Source: Deltaproteobacteria bacterium (lineage in GTDB: Bacteria; Desulfobacterota; Binatia; UBA9968). Taken from it: a stretch of DNA of 64,000 nt. The stretch spans positions 131 through 64,130 of the forward strand of contig JACQUW010000326.1 in NCBI GenBank assembly GCA_016210115.1, in the 5' to 3' direction. A program made the translations under genes and the position numbers. The notes below the pieces were generated by a model that saw nothing but the letters and a program-made list of their open reading frames with translations, had not been told where the DNA came from and searched no databases. Below, one piece after another: positions 14,200 to 24,428 of the stretch (positions are counted from its first letter, which is position 1; the number at the start of each line of letters is the position of its first letter).

Positions 14200-15104
14200 G
14201 GTTTCTTTTTCTGCAATGCTTCCTTGAGATTGATTCCGGCGATCTTGAAAGCCTCCCGGACTGGATCGTAATCCCGGTCTGACGCCGGCATGAATCCATC
14301 GATCTGATAGAGATCTCTCAACATCTTTTTCCCCGCCGGCTCCTGGCCAAGGTCAAGGAAAAGGGCCTCTACTTTACGAACCAGTTCCGGGTCCGTCTTT
14401 TCACTTGCCACCAGATTATCCGCCGGAATCGGCTCGGAGTAGGCGATGGCTCGAATCTTCTGTTGCTCCGCGGGATCCTTCAAGTACTGGATCCAGGCTG
14501 CGTCTTTTCCGTCCGGGAAATTGGCGAAAGTCGCTCCGGCGTCTACCTTGCGATGAAGAACCGCCAGGACCGTGGCATCATGACCTCCTGAGTAAATGAC
14601 GTTCTTAAAGTCCTTTACCGGGTCGATGCCTTTTCCCTTGAACATCTTTCTGGGAAAGACATGGCCGGTCGTAGAGAGCGGGTCCCCAAAGGCAAAGGTC
14701 CGGTTGCGGAGGTCCTCCAGGGTCTTGATGGGACTATCGCTATGAGTGATAATGGCCGCGTAATAATAAGCGGATCCCTTCCGATGAGATTTCAGGATCA
14801 CCTTGACGCCCGCCTCGCTCTTGGCCAGAACATACGAGGCGGGACTAAGAAAAGCGATATCCAGTTTGCTGGAGCGAAGGGCCTCGACCACCCCGGTATA
14901 GTCCGTCGCGACGAAAGGTTGAACATCCATTCCGAGTTTTTTTTGCAGCAGGTCAACGATCGGTTGCGCATTTTGCGCAACCTGTTGTACGTTCTCCGAG
15001 GGGACGAACCCGATCCGGAGTATTCTTGTCGGGCCTTCCGACCTTCCGCACGCCGAGAACCAACACCACAGGATCATGGCTATCCAAAGACTCTTCTGGC
15101 TCAT
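14196..15104 (-). CDS. phnD: Phosphonate/phosphite ABC transporter substrate-binding protein
   Basis: The PhnD-family pattern is LRIGFVPSENVQQ..PIVDLLQKKLGMDVQPFVATDYTGVVEALRSSKLDIAFLSPASYV. The N-terminus is lipoprotein-like (WCWFSACG). Confidence 0.88.
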   Translation of the reverse strand: MSQKSLWIAMILWCWFSACGRSEGPTRILRIGFVPSENVQQVAQNAQPIVDLLQKKLGMDVQPFVATDYTGVVEALRSSKLDIAFLSPASYVLAKSEAGVKVILKSHRKGSAYYYAAIITHSDSPIKTLEDLRNRTFAFGDPLSTTGHVFPRKMFKGKGIDPVKDFKNVIYSGGHDATVLAVLHRKVDAGATFANFPDGKDAAWIQYLKDPAEQQKIRAIAYSEPIPADNLVASEKTDPELVRKVEALFLDLGQEPAGKKMLRDLYQIDGFMPASDRDYDPVREAFKIAGINLKEALQKKKP

Positions 15105-15246
15105 TTGCGATCATAAATACTCGAACGCTCGAAGCGCTGCAACCTGGAGCTTGCTTCGATGTTGGTCAGAGGATACCTTGGATTCTGTCAGATTTGCCGA
15201 CGGCCACGGGGATTATTTTTTTCTGCGGATGGAATAAGCAAACAGC

Positions 15247-16089
15247 ATGCGTCTGAGGCGGGGTTGGATCTTCTCTTTATTAGGGTTCTTTTTGGGCTGC
15301 GCGGCTATTTCCACCATCCCGCTTCAGAGCCTCCAGGTGGCTCCAGCGGGCAAGCCGATCCGATTCTTCTACCCGAACCACAATGGGAACGTGGAAGGTT
15401 ATCTCATCCGCCCCAGAGGCACAGGTCCCTTTCCTCTGATTGTTTTGCTGCACGGGCACAGCATGATAGGCGAGGGCGCGAGCAGAGTTCTTCCCGCAGC
15501 CGAGGAGTTTTCAAGGGAGCTTTGCTACGCCGCGCTGGCCATATCTCTACCCGGCTATGGAATGACGGAGCTAGGTGCCGACGGGGACAGAGAAATCGTT
15601 GAAAGCGTCGTCTTGGATGGAATCGCGCACGTGACCTCGCTGCCCTGGGTCGATCGCGAACGCCTCTTGGTTTACGGTTTCTCGCGCGGGGCCTTCTTTG
15701 CCGCTGCGCTTTCAGGAAAGCTCCCCAATCTACGAACCGCTGTTCTGCACGCCGGGGCATACGATCTGCAACGGCTCTACGAGGATACTCCAAGTCTGTG
15801 GGTGCGCCAGTCCCTGAGCCCCAATGGAGATCGGAGCTCTCGTCTGGTAACTATTCTTCCCGAGGTAACGGGATGGCGGGCCCCCACGCTCATCCTGCAC
15901 GGCGGCAAAGACCAGTTGATTCCGATCAGCCAGGCGTCTTTCCTGCGGGATCGGCTTGAGGCTTTGGGCAAGCCTCATCGCTTCGTTGTCTTCCCCGATG
16001 CCGGCCATCGTTTGCCTCTGGACGGCGTAAAACAGGAAGTGCTTTCGTTCATCGGTCAGAACGTGGGGACCGCGTGCAGTGCCAGGTAA
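15247..16089 (+). CDS. Alpha/beta hydrolase (dienelactone hydrolase / S9 peptidase-like)
   Basis: It has a signal-like N-terminus and the nucleophile elbow YGFSRGA. The late motifs LILHGGKDQLIP and FPDAGH are typical of the DLH/prolyl-oligopeptidase fold. Confidence 0.8.
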   Translation: MRLRRGWIFSLLGFFLGCAAISTIPLQSLQVAPAGKPIRFFYPNHNGNVEGYLIRPRGTGPFPLIVLLHGHSMIGEGASRVLPAAEEFSRELCYAALAISLPGYGMTELGADGDREIVESVVLDGIAHVTSLPWVDRERLLVYGFSRGAFFAAALSGKLPNLRTAVLHAGAYDLQRLYEDTPSLWVRQSLSPNGDRSSRLVTILPEVTGWRAPTLILHGGKDQLIPISQASFLRDRLEALGKPHRFVVFPDAGHRLPLDGVKQEVLSFIGQNVGTACSAR

Positions 16090-16141
16090 CGAAGCCAGTT
16101 CCTGCTGCTCTCTCCAACTGGCCACCGGCGCCAGCTCTATC

Positions 16142-16178
16142 GAACCTTTGAATCCTTGAACCTTTGAACCTTGAACAC
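16142..16178. repeat. Tandem-word spacer (CCTTTGAA / CCTTGAAC stutter)
   Basis: GAACCTTTGAATCCTTGAACCTTTGAACCTTGAACAC lies between the convergent stops at 16089 and 16194. Confidence 0.7.
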
Positions 16179-16193
16179 TTCAGGCGCCAGCAA

Positions 16194-17039
16194 TCAGCGG
16201 TCTTTGATCTCTTGAAGAAGCTGTCGAGCCGCTTTCTTGTGTTCGGGATCGTCCGAAAAATGGATTGGAAGCTCCAGCGCGGTCGTTAGCGAGCTGAGCG
16301 CCAGTTGCATTTTGCCCATAGCGACATAGCTCTTGCCCAGCTCTAGATGGCTCGCAATTACGCTTGGATTTAACGATATCGCCTTTTTCAAATACTCCGC
16401 AGATTTTTCCAGGCTGCCCTGAGGGATCGTGCGCCACAGAACCATGGACGCGAGCATCCGGCTCATCTGCCCGATCTCTGCCATTCTGCGGTGCCAGATT
16501 CCATAGACGTGATACGCGTACCCATTCTTGGGATCCTGGGCAATCGCCTTTTCCACAGCTTCCCGAACCTCGCCTGCCAGTTCAACCTGTCTGGAAATAG
16601 AAGATAGCGCTGCGATCTTGCCAAGGCTGACCGCTACGTAAAAATGACCCCAGGTTGAGTGAGGATCCGATTTGACCGCCTTCCGCGCATACTCCTCGGC
16701 CTTCTGGTAATGACTGAGCTTTTTCTCTTTTGAGTCGGGCGCGCCTTCAGGGACCATATCGCCAAAATCCACATAGACTCGAGCGATCTTAGACAACGCT
16801 TCGTGATTTTGGGGATCGACTTCCAGGACCTTTTGAAGCTCGCCCAGTGCCTCTTTCGTTTTGAAAGCCGCATAAAGGTCATCCGCCTTTTGCAGCCGGA
16901 TGGACATCTGAGAGCCATCGTTCTTGCATCGAGGGCATCCGATCCTGCCCTCCTCCGCGGCTTCCGCTATCCCCGCCATGCCGGGCAATCCTGCCACGAA
17001 CATACAAATTAGAACAAAGTGAAAAACCCGTTGCCCCAT
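16194..17039 (-). CDS. Secreted TPR-repeat protein
   Basis: The signal peptide is MGQRVFHFVLICMFVAGLPGMAGIAEA, and several TPR-like helical pairs run throughout. Confidence 0.75.
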   Translation of the reverse strand: MGQRVFHFVLICMFVAGLPGMAGIAEAAEEGRIGCPRCKNDGSQMSIRLQKADDLYAAFKTKEALGELQKVLEVDPQNHEALSKIARVYVDFGDMVPEGAPDSKEKKLSHYQKAEEYARKAVKSDPHSTWGHFYVAVSLGKIAALSSISRQVELAGEVREAVEKAIAQDPKNGYAYHVYGIWHRRMAEIGQMSRMLASMVLWRTIPQGSLEKSAEYLKKAISLNPSVIASHLELGKSYVAMGKMQLALSSLTTALELPIHFSDDPEHKKAARQLLQEIKDR

Positions 17040-17041
17040 AA

Positions 17042-17410
17042 TTACCTTACCGATACCGGCCTCCCTTGCCCATCGATAGCGACATAAACCACTTCGGCCT
17101 CGGTGACCCTGACCTTCTGCCTCGGTTCAGTGAACCGCTCGGCTTCCACCTCCACTCGAACTGTCATCGAGGTTCTCCCTTCACGCACCAATTCGGTGTA
17201 AAAACTCACCACATCGCCCACGTAAACGGGCGCGATGAACTCTACGCCTCGCAGCGCCTTGGTGACAAAATTCCTGGCCGCTTGCTGGCGGGCGGCTATC
17301 GCTCCCGCCAGGTCGATATGGCTTAGAATCACACCTCCGAATATCGTTCCGCGGTCATTGGTGTCTCTGGGGAGCATCGTCACCCGCAGTGTAGGCTCTC
17401 GCGCCGTCAT
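17042..17410 (-). CDS. Acyl-CoA thioesterase (hotdog fold, YciA-like)
   Basis: [28 protein letters not shown] is typical of the YciA/Acot family. ATG 17410 with GGGGAG upstream is preferred over GTG 17416. Confidence 0.85.
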   Translation of the reverse strand: MTAREPTLRVTMLPRDTNDRGTIFGGVILSHIDLAGAIAARQQAARNFVTKALRGVEFIAPVYVGDVVSFYTELVREGRTSMTVRVEVEAERFTEPRQKVRVTEAEVVYVAIDGQGRPVSVR

Positions 17411-17439
17411 CCTCACTCCCCACGTTTGCTAAGATAGAC

Positions 17440-17468
17440 CGTTGCCGACGAACCACCGTCGGGCAACG
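17440..17468 (-). terminator. Candidate hairpin downstream of ilvE
   Basis: CGTTGCCGACG-AACCACC-GTCGGGCAACG forms a 10-bp stem with one bulge. On the minus strand only a weak T-rich tail (TCTATCTT) follows. Confidence 0.35.
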
Positions 17469-17519
17469 CTATTCGGTCACGCTTCGCGTGAGCTATGACG
17501 AGGACTGCCAGGCGGATGG

Positions 17520-18437
17520 TCATAAGTAGGTGAGCCAGTGCGTATAGTTCTTTTCCTTTCCCTTCACAATGGCGAAGAAGGTCTCCTGAAGATCTTTGGT
17601 CACCGGACCGGGTTTCCCGCTCCCGATCCTTCGATTATCCACCTCCCGAATAGGAGTCACTTCGGCGGCTGTGCCGGTAAAGAACGCCTCGTCCGCAGTG
17701 TAAAGCTCATCCCGGGTAAAACGCTCCTCCTGAACGTGATATCCTTTGTCGCGCGCCAAGGTCAGCAAGGAATCCCGTGTAATGCCCGGCAGAATGGAGG
17801 TAAAAGGGGTAGTTTTGACTCTGCCGTTCCGAACAACAAAGATGTTTTCTCCGCTCGCTTCCGCCACATAGCCTTCCGTATCGAGCATAATCGCTTCATC
17901 GTAACCGGCCTTTTTAACCTCATTTTTAGCCAGCACCGAATTGACGTAGTTTCCCGAAACCTTGCTCTTGGTCATCATCACGTTCACATGATGGCGGGTA
18001 TAAGAAGACACCTTCGCCCGGATGCCGTTTTTGATTCCTTCATCGCCGAGGTACGCCCCCCAGGGCCAGACGGCGATTATGACATGGATCGGATTATCTG
18101 GAGCGTAAAGTCCCATATCCCCAAATCCCATAAATGCCAGAGGACGGATATAGCATGCTTTGAGCTTGTTGATTTTGATGACATCAATCGTAGCCTGCTG
18201 AATCGCGGCAAGTTCGTAGGGAGGCGGGAACCCCAGGATTAAACCTGAATCAAAGAATCTTCTAATGTGTTCCTCCAGCCGAAAAACAGCCGAACGTCCA
18301 TCTTCCAGGGAATAGCAGCGGATTCCCTCAAAATAAGCTGTGCCGTAATGGAGGGCGTGGGTTAGAACATGAACCTTAGCTTCCTCCCACCGCACCATCT
18401 CCCCATCAAACCAGATTTTCTCACTATTCACTGACAT
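17520..18437 (-). CDS. ilvE: Branched-chain amino acid aminotransferase
   Basis: The segments IWFDGEMVRWEEAKVHVLTHALHYGTAYFEGIRCY and GITRDS..EERFTRDELYTADEAFFTGTAAEVTPI are typical of the class IV aminotransferase IlvE. ATG 18437 has GGGGTGGG upstream. Confidence 0.92.
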   Translation of the reverse strand: MSVNSEKIWFDGEMVRWEEAKVHVLTHALHYGTAYFEGIRCYSLEDGRSAVFRLEEHIRRFFDSGLILGFPPPYELAAIQQATIDVIKINKLKACYIRPLAFMGFGDMGLYAPDNPIHVIIAVWPWGAYLGDEGIKNGIRAKVSSYTRHHVNVMMTKSKVSGNYVNSVLAKNEVKKAGYDEAIMLDTEGYVAEASGENIFVVRNGRVKTTPFTSILPGITRDSLLTLARDKGYHVQEERFTRDELYTADEAFFTGTAAEVTPIREVDNRRIGSGKPGPVTKDLQETFFAIVKGKEKNYTHWLTYL

Positions 18438-18517
18438 CGCCCACCCCAATCATACAATATTGCTGTCGACGTCCGGCTATTCTATGTCCGCAGGCGGTCT
18501 CCATCAAGAGTCTGAAT

Positions 18518-18549
18518 AAAAAAAGGCCACCACGCAGGCCGTGGTGGCC
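18518..18549 (-). terminator. Rho-independent terminator of the HU gene
   Basis: GGCCACCACG-CAGGC-CGTGGTGGCC is a perfect 10-bp stem. On the minus strand a run of 7 T follows it. It lies 24 nt after the HU stop. Confidence 0.8.
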
Positions 18550-18572
18550 CGAAATATCCCGCAGCCTCCCGC

Positions 18573-18842
18573 CTACAGCCCCTTCTTCAAGGTCGGAGCC
18601 GGCTTAAATCCCACGGTTCGACTCGCCTTAATCGAGATTTCAGCTCCCGTCTGGGGATTTCTCCCCTTCCTCGCTTTTCGCGAGCGCACCGTAAATGTTC
18701 CGAAACCGGGAACCTGGAAACGTTTGTCCTTTTTGATCGCCCGCGCCAGAGTCTCAAACGTCGCATCGACCGCGTCCCCTGCTGCTCTCTTGCTGAGCTT
18801 CGCTATTTTGGCCACTGCGATGATCACGTCGGCCTTGGTCAT
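18573..18842 (-). CDS. hup: HU family DNA-binding protein
   Basis: The 89-aa protein carries FGTFTVRSRKARKGRNPQTGAEISIKASRTVGFKPAPTLK, the canonical HU arm. Confidence 0.95.
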   Translation of the reverse strand: MTKADVIIAVAKIAKLSKRAAGDAVDATFETLARAIKKDKRFQVPGFGTFTVRSRKARKGRNPQTGAEISIKASRTVGFKPAPTLKKGL

Positions 18843-19015
18843 GATCCTTCACCTCCCTCCGCATATGATTTGTTGCCGCCTCCTGCATCCGTCAAAAACT
18901 TCCGTTCAAGTTTCACGCAGACGGCATAATTCCGAATTCGGAAACGAAAGTCAATAGAAAAATCTTTCAAAAAATTTTGTCCCGGCAACCGAAAGAAATT
19001 GAACGCGAAAAATTC

Positions 19016-19954
19016 TCATGGGTGCTGTTTTGAAATCATTTCACGCAGCACGCCATAGCGCACCCCTTGGTCGCTGCACAACGCTCCTGGAAATCTGAAA
19101 CGGGCCATGATTCTCTCAATCAGCAATGCTCCTGAAAGAATCACGTCGGCCCGTCCAGGCTCCAAGCCCTGGATTTTCTTGCGCTCAGCCACTGTCTTCG
19201 TTCGAAACATACGGACCTGGCGCTGCACTTCCGGCCGGACGAGAAAAGAGCCGTGAAGGTCCGCGTGCGAATATCGCCTGAGTCGTTTCTCGATCGCGGC
19301 CAAAGTCGTAAACGTAGCCCCTATGCCAACCAGCTTTTGAAACGCAGCCTCTTGCCCCCAATCCCTGGCGAGCGGCGTCAACGCCATATCCACCTCAGCT
19401 TCGAGCCGCAAAAACTCTTCGTCCAGGACCGGATCGGAATGGAGAAATCGCTCTGTCAGTCGAACCGACCCCAGGTCAAGGCTTGCGACACGTTGCACCC
19501 GGCCCTCTTTGCCCCAGACAAATTCAGTGCTTCCTCCTCCCACGTCCACGACCAGCGCCTCCCCGTCGCCGAGCGAAAGCCCCTCCTGAACGGCCCAAAA
19601 AGAGTAGAACGCCTCTTCCGCGCCCGACAATATCCGCAGTTCCAGATCCAGATCTCTTTTCAGCCGCCTGGAGAACTCGCCGGAGTTCTGCGCGTCTCTG
19701 AACACGCTCGTCCCCACTGCCGCGACCTTATTGACCTTGAGCCGGCGACAGATCTCAACGTATTCGGTCAAAACCCCGAGGCCGCGCTTCTCTGCGTCCG
19801 CGCTGATCATCCGGCTATGATCCACCCCTTCTCCAAGCCGGGTAATTTCCGCGCGGTCTTCCAGGACCTCAAACTCTCCACCGCTCTTCACCGCAGCGAT
19901 CAGCAGAAGGATCGTGTTAGTCCCGATGTCAATGGCGGCAAATGTTTTGGACAA
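19016..19954 (-). CDS. Ppx/GppA family phosphatase (exopolyphosphatase-like)
   Basis: AAIDIGTNTILLLIA and DVGGGSTEF are the ASKHA-fold phosphate motifs typical of Ppx/GppA. An apparent TTG start is at 19954. Confidence 0.85.
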   Translation of the reverse strand: MSKTFAAIDIGTNTILLLIAAVKSGGEFEVLEDRAEITRLGEGVDHSRMISADAEKRGLGVLTEYVEICRRLKVNKVAAVGTSVFRDAQNSGEFSRRLKRDLDLELRILSGAEEAFYSFWAVQEGLSLGDGEALVVDVGGGSTEFVWGKEGRVQRVASLDLGSVRLTERFLHSDPVLDEEFLRLEAEVDMALTPLARDWGQEAAFQKLVGIGATFTTLAAIEKRLRRYSHADLHGSFLVRPEVQRQVRMFRTKTVAERKKIQGLEPGRADVILSGALLIERIMARFRFPGALCSDQGVRYGVLREMISKQHP

Positions 19955-20171
19955 TGATTCGCTTCCGATGAGCTAAAACCGTTGTTTCAATTTCGTTTAA
20001 TGGATTCGACCGCGGGCCGCGGACAGGCCCTACGGGGTGGCAGATTGGAAATCTAAAATGGTATTTGAAATCTGAGATCTGCCCTTTGCAATTTCTCGCG
20101 CAGCGAGGATTAGGCCCATCGCCTCCGCCGGAAGGCTCGCTCCCGGAGGGCCGCCCGATGAGCTCAGCGTA

Positions 20172-22469
20172 TCAGTCTGCAACGGCGGCCCTGTAGTGGC
20201 ATTCCTTCTTGTAGCAGTGCCGCACTCGCCCTGCTCTCTTGGTGACCTTTTCCAGCACGATCGGGGCGCCGCACGAAGGGCAGGCCTCAGCCACCGGCCG
20301 GTCCCAGGTCGCGAAATCACATTCGGGGTAACGATCGCAACCGTAAAAAATTTTCCCCCTGCGGGATTTTTTTTCATGCAAGCGGCCTTCCCCACACTGC
20401 GGGCAACCGATCCCCAAATCCACCGGTCGTTCCAGCGGCCGAATGTTTTTGCACTCCGGGTAGCCGCTGCAACCCAGGAACCGGCCATATTTTCCCCATT
20501 TGAGTTGCATGGGCCGGCCGCACAATTCACAGGCCTCATCGACGGTCTCCTCTTCGGCGACCTGAACCTCCCCGTTGGACGCCCGGACGAAGTTCTTAGT
20601 GTTCTTGCACTCTGGATAACGCGGGCAGGCAAGAAACTCCCCGTTTCTTCCCCATTTGACCACCATCAAAGCTCCGCACTTCTCACAGGCGATGTCGGTG
20701 GGAACTTCCTGGCGCTTGACATCCCTCATTTCCGATTCGGCCTTTTTGAGGTCGCGTGAGAACGAGGAGTAAAACCGCTTCATGGCCTTGGTCCAGTTTT
20801 CCTCGCCTTCCTCGATTTTATCGAGAACATTTTCCATGCCTGCTGTGAACTCCACGTTCAGGATATCCGGAAAACTATCGACCAGGAGATCGGTCACTAG
20901 AAATCCCAGCTCTGTCGGCATGAGTGACTTCTTTTCATCGAGGACAACGTATTTCCTGTCCAGGACATTCGAAATGATCGATGCATAGGTCGAGGGACGA
21001 CCGATGCCGTTCTCCTCCAACTCTTTGATAAGAGCAGCCTGTGTGAACCGCGGAGGTGGCTGGGTGAAATGCTGCCGCGGCTCCAAAGAGAGAAGCTTCA
21101 ATGCGTCCCCAGCTTGCAAGTCCGGAAGCATTTTGTCTTCTTTCTCTTCCGGCTCCGCATCGTCCCCGTTGATCTTCTCATCCCGCTCTTCGGCGTAGAC
21201 TCTCATGAATCCGTCGAATTTAAGCTGCTGGCCGTTAGCCCGAAAAAGCGCATCGCCAACCGGGATCTCAAAGGTCGTCTGATCAAAAATTGCCGGAAGC
21301 ATCTGGCTCGCCACGAACCGCGACCAGATCAGCGAATAGAGCGCATGCGCATCCCGGCGAAGATACCTCCGGACCTTATCCGGAGTGTATTCCATCGATG
21401 TGGGACGAATCGCTTCATGCGCGTCCTGAGCGCCTCTCTTAGAACGATAAGTAACCGGCTCTTGGGGAAGGTAGCGGTCGCCATACTGGGCTTTAACAAG
21501 CTGCCGCGCGGCGTCCAACGCGTCGGCCGCGATGCGGGTCGAATCGGTTCGCATGTAAGTAATGAGCCCTACCGAACCTTCAGGCCCGAGTTCCACGCCC
21601 TCGTAGAGCTGCTGGGCCAGTTGCATGGTGCGCTTCGGCTGAAAACCGAGCTTCCTGGCGGCCTCCTGCTGGAGCTTGCTGGTCACGAACGGAGGAGCCG
21701 GATTGCGACGCCGTTCTTTTTTCTCCACGGCTCCGATCTTCCAGGCGGCCCCTTCCAGAGACTTCATGATCTCCTGGACTTGCTGCTCGTTTTCGATCCG
21801 GAGCTTCTTGATGTCGACCTTCTGCCCTCGCCATTCGACGAGTCGCGCCTTGAACGCAGGTAGAATTCTGCCTTCCAAATCGGCGATGAGAGACCAGTAC
21901 TCTTGCGGGATGAAATCGCGTATCTGTTTTTCCCGCTCGCACACCAGCCGCACGGCGACGGATTGAACGCGGCCGGCGCTCAGCCCTCGCCTGACCTTTT
22001 TCCAAAGAATAGGGCTGATCTGATAGCCCACGAGCCGGTCCAAGACTCTGCGGGCCACCTGGGACTCAAATTTATTTTGGTCCAACTCCTGGGGATGGGC
22101 GATCGCCTCCTGCACTGCCTTCCGCGTAATTTCGTTGATCAGCACCCTGTGAACGCTTCGATGATTTTTGCCGATCTGGTCCGCAATGTGCCAGGCAATG
22201 GCCTCGCCTTCGCGGTCAGGATCGGAGGCGAGATAGATCTTCTCTTTGCCTTTCGCCGCCCGCCGCAACTCCTCTACGACCTTCTTTCTTCCCTGGATGA
22301 CGCGAAAATCAGGCTTGAAACCCTTCTTGATGTCCACTCCCAATTTGCTTTTAGGGAGATCCACGATGTGCCCGACGGACGCCTTAACCTGGAAATCCTT
22401 GCCCAGATATTTTTCCAGGGTTTTGGCCTTGGCCGGAGATTCAACGATCACTAAGTTTTTTGCTGCCAT
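20172..22469 (-). CDS. topA: DNA topoisomerase I
   Basis: The TOPRIM N-terminus is LVIVESPAKAKTLEKYLG and DPDREGEAIAWH. The active-site region is TYMRTDS. Four C-terminal zinc ribbons of the CxxC..CPxYPEC type are present. Confidence 0.97.
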   Translation of the reverse strand: MAAKNLVIVESPAKAKTLEKYLGKDFQVKASVGHIVDLPKSKLGVDIKKGFKPDFRVIQGRKKVVEELRRAAKGKEKIYLASDPDREGEAIAWHIADQIGKNHRSVHRVLINEITRKAVQEAIAHPQELDQNKFESQVARRVLDRLVGYQISPILWKKVRRGLSAGRVQSVAVRLVCEREKQIRDFIPQEYWSLIADLEGRILPAFKARLVEWRGQKVDIKKLRIENEQQVQEIMKSLEGAAWKIGAVEKKERRRNPAPPFVTSKLQQEAARKLGFQPKRTMQLAQQLYEGVELGPEGSVGLITYMRTDSTRIAADALDAARQLVKAQYGDRYLPQEPVTYRSKRGAQDAHEAIRPTSMEYTPDKVRRYLRRDAHALYSLIWSRFVASQMLPAIFDQTTFEIPVGDALFRANGQQLKFDGFMRVYAEERDEKINGDDAEPEEKEDKMLPDLQAGDALKLLSLEPRQHFTQPPPRFTQAALIKELEENGIGRPSTYASIISNVLDRKYVVLDEKKSLMPTELGFLVTDLLVDSFPDILNVEFTAGMENVLDKIEEGEENWTKAMKRFYSSFSRDLKKAESEMRDVKRQEVPTDIACEKCGALMVVKWGRNGEFLACPRYPECKNTKNFVRASNGEVQVAEEETVDEACELCGRPMQLKWGKYGRFLGCSGYPECKNIRPLERPVDLGIGCPQCGEGRLHEKKSRRGKIFYGCDRYPECDFATWDRPVAEACPSCGAPIVLEKVTKRAGRVRHCYKKECHYRAAVAD

Positions 22470-22652
22470 AGTTCAATTCAAATGTTGCTGTTTCGAACCT
22501 CACATACGATTCGTCAATTTTGAAGTCCATTCATGGATCCTGCTGAGAGCCGCATCCAACTTCCGTCAGAGTCGGCCTGTTCTCCTGAAAGCGCGAGCGA
22601 CGTTTGACCTTCGTCGCCTTCGCCTCAGAGTCCGAGAGATCAATATCAACCT

Positions 22653-23759
22653 TTACACCTTAAATCGTTTCCCGGGAAGCTGCTTCACGACTCCGCGAAT
22701 CTCCAGATCCAAAAGCAGCTCAGTCACTTTTGCGGGGGAGAGAGAGCTCGCGCTGATGAGTTCATCGATCTGGGCCGGTCCTTCCCGAATCATCTCCCAT
22801 AGCCTCGCTGCGTCCTCGCTCAGCCCGGGAGGAATAGAGGCTTGGGAGTTTTCTGGAACCGCCGCACGCGAGCGCAACTGCGGCGCAATTTCTTCCACGA
22901 CGTCCTGGACGGTTTCCACCAGCTTGGCGCCCTGCCGGATCAACTGATGCGTACCCCGGCTCCGGCTTGACCCGGCCGCTCCGGGAACGGCAAAGACCTC
23001 CCGTCCTTGCTCCAGGGCTAACCTGGCGGTGATCAACGAGCCGCTCCTCTCTGTGGCCTCGACGACTACAACTCCCACAGCGATCCCGCTGATCAGACGA
23101 TTGCGCGACGGAAAGTTGTATGAAAAAGGCGCTCTCCCCATGGCAAGTTCGGAAAAAACCGCTCCACTGCGACAGATGTCCGCATACAGCCCTTCGTGCT
23201 CGGGCGGATAAACCACATCAACCCCGGAGCCTAACACGGCGGCCGTTCTCCCTCCCGCTTGCAAAGCAGCCGCGTGCGCCTCGCCATCGATTCCCCGCGC
23301 CATGCCGCTCACCACGGTAAAGCCAAAAGTCGCCAGGCCGCGAGAAAGATCGCGCGTCACCTTGAGCCCGTATTCGCTGGCGCTTCTGGAACCAACGATG
23401 GCCACCGCGTTTTCGTCGATTGTCTGAAATTCTCCTTTGAGATAAAGGCAGGGAGGCGGGTCATCAATCGAGCGCAGCCGCGCAGGATACCCGGGGGCGT
23501 CAAAAGGCAAAATCGCCGCCCCGAGATCAAGCGCCCGCTGCATCTCCTCCCGGACTTCATTCCAGCCGGCGAAGCTCAGAATTCCGTCGATCGCCTGCCG
23601 ATCGAGTCCCGGAATTTCAGCCAACTCTTTTTCCGGCGCGGTAAAGACGCGCCGGGGATCGCCAAAATGATCGATTAGTTTCTTAAACCCCGCACAGCCC
23701 AAGCCTCTGACACGCCCCAACGCCAGACAGGCAAGACTCGTCTCTTCGCTCGCAGACAA
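22653..23759 (-). CDS. dprA: DNA processing protein DprA (Smf)
   Basis: The Rossmann-like core (AIVGSRSASEYG.., VVSGMARGIDGEAHAAAL, TAAVLGSGVDVVYPPEH) and a C-terminal winged-helix-like tail are present. It sits in the conserved dprA-topA arrangement. Confidence 0.92.
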   Translation of the reverse strand: MSASEETSLACLALGRVRGLGCAGFKKLIDHFGDPRRVFTAPEKELAEIPGLDRQAIDGILSFAGWNEVREEMQRALDLGAAILPFDAPGYPARLRSIDDPPPCLYLKGEFQTIDENAVAIVGSRSASEYGLKVTRDLSRGLATFGFTVVSGMARGIDGEAHAAALQAGGRTAAVLGSGVDVVYPPEHEGLYADICRSGAVFSELAMGRAPFSYNFPSRNRLISGIAVGVVVVEATERSGSLITARLALEQGREVFAVPGAAGSSRSRGTHQLIRQGAKLVETVQDVVEEIAPQLRSRAAVPENSQASIPPGLSEDAARLWEMIREGPAQIDELISASSLSPAKVTELLLDLEIRGVVKQLPGKRFKV

Positions 23760-23912
23760 TAAACCGCCCTCCTCCCACAGATATGCATGGGTGAAGCATA
23801 GTTACTTGCCGTTTGTCAATCGCAGGTTTAGCTCAGAGGGCAATTGCGGTTAGGTTTTATTGTAATTCAAAAACGACCCGAATTCCAGCGTCGGAACAAA
23901 TTTCTCAGCAAT

Positions 23913-24428
23913 TCATGGCCCTCGAGAACGGCTAGATTCGGCGGTAATCTTCTCCAGCCGCAGCAATCTTCTTTTCCACCTCGAGCCGAGCGCAAAGCCG
24001 CCGATCGTGCCGTCACTCCGAACAACCCGATGGCAAGGGATAATAATGGGAACAGGATTTCGCGCAAGGGCATTGCCTACGGCTCTCGTTGCTTTCGGCT
24101 TTCCCAGTTGCTCGGCAATCCAGCGGTAACTTTTTACCTCGCCGTACGGGATCTTTGCGGCGAGTCTTAACACGTTCCGTGTGAAAGGCGGCAAATTGCT
24201 GAGATCACAGGGCGTGGAGAATTCCTGCAGCGATCCAATAAAATAGGCTTCCAACTCTCTTGCCGCAACCCTTTTCCAGCGGCGGATGAGAGCGTTTTGT
24301 TGCGCGTCGATTTTTTGGAATCGAGCAATCCCCCTGCGAGCTAAGCTCAATTGCTTGATCCCGCGCTCCGTGGCTTCAACAAACAGATTCGGCTTCATGA
24401 TCCGCCCTTCTACTTTGACCGTTTCCAT
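23913..24428 (-). CDS. ogt: Methylated-DNA--protein-cysteine methyltransferase
   Basis: The active site is [18 protein letters not shown], with the helix-turn-helix region [26 protein letters not shown]. An alternative start is ATG 24398. The longer form overlaps the der stop by 19 nt. Confidence 0.85.
   Translation of the reverse strand: METVKVEGRIMKPNLFVEATERGIKQLSLARRGIARFQKIDAQQNALIRRWKRVAARELEAYFIGSLQEFSTPCDLSNLPPFTRNVLRLAAKIPYGEVKSYRWIAEQLGKPKATRAVGNALARNPVPIIIPCHRVVRSDGTIGGFALGSRWKRRLLRLEKITAESSRSRGP

Noticed and set aside
15180-15200. CTGTCAG half-site in the phnD upstream region as a Pho box
   Set aside because: Only a single half-site is present, without the second direct repeat at 11-nt spacing. 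The evidence is insufficient.
20030-20632. 200-aa ORF overlapping the 3' part of topA
   Set aside because: It is in an alternative frame of the zinc-ribbon region of topA and has no motifs. topA is unambiguous.
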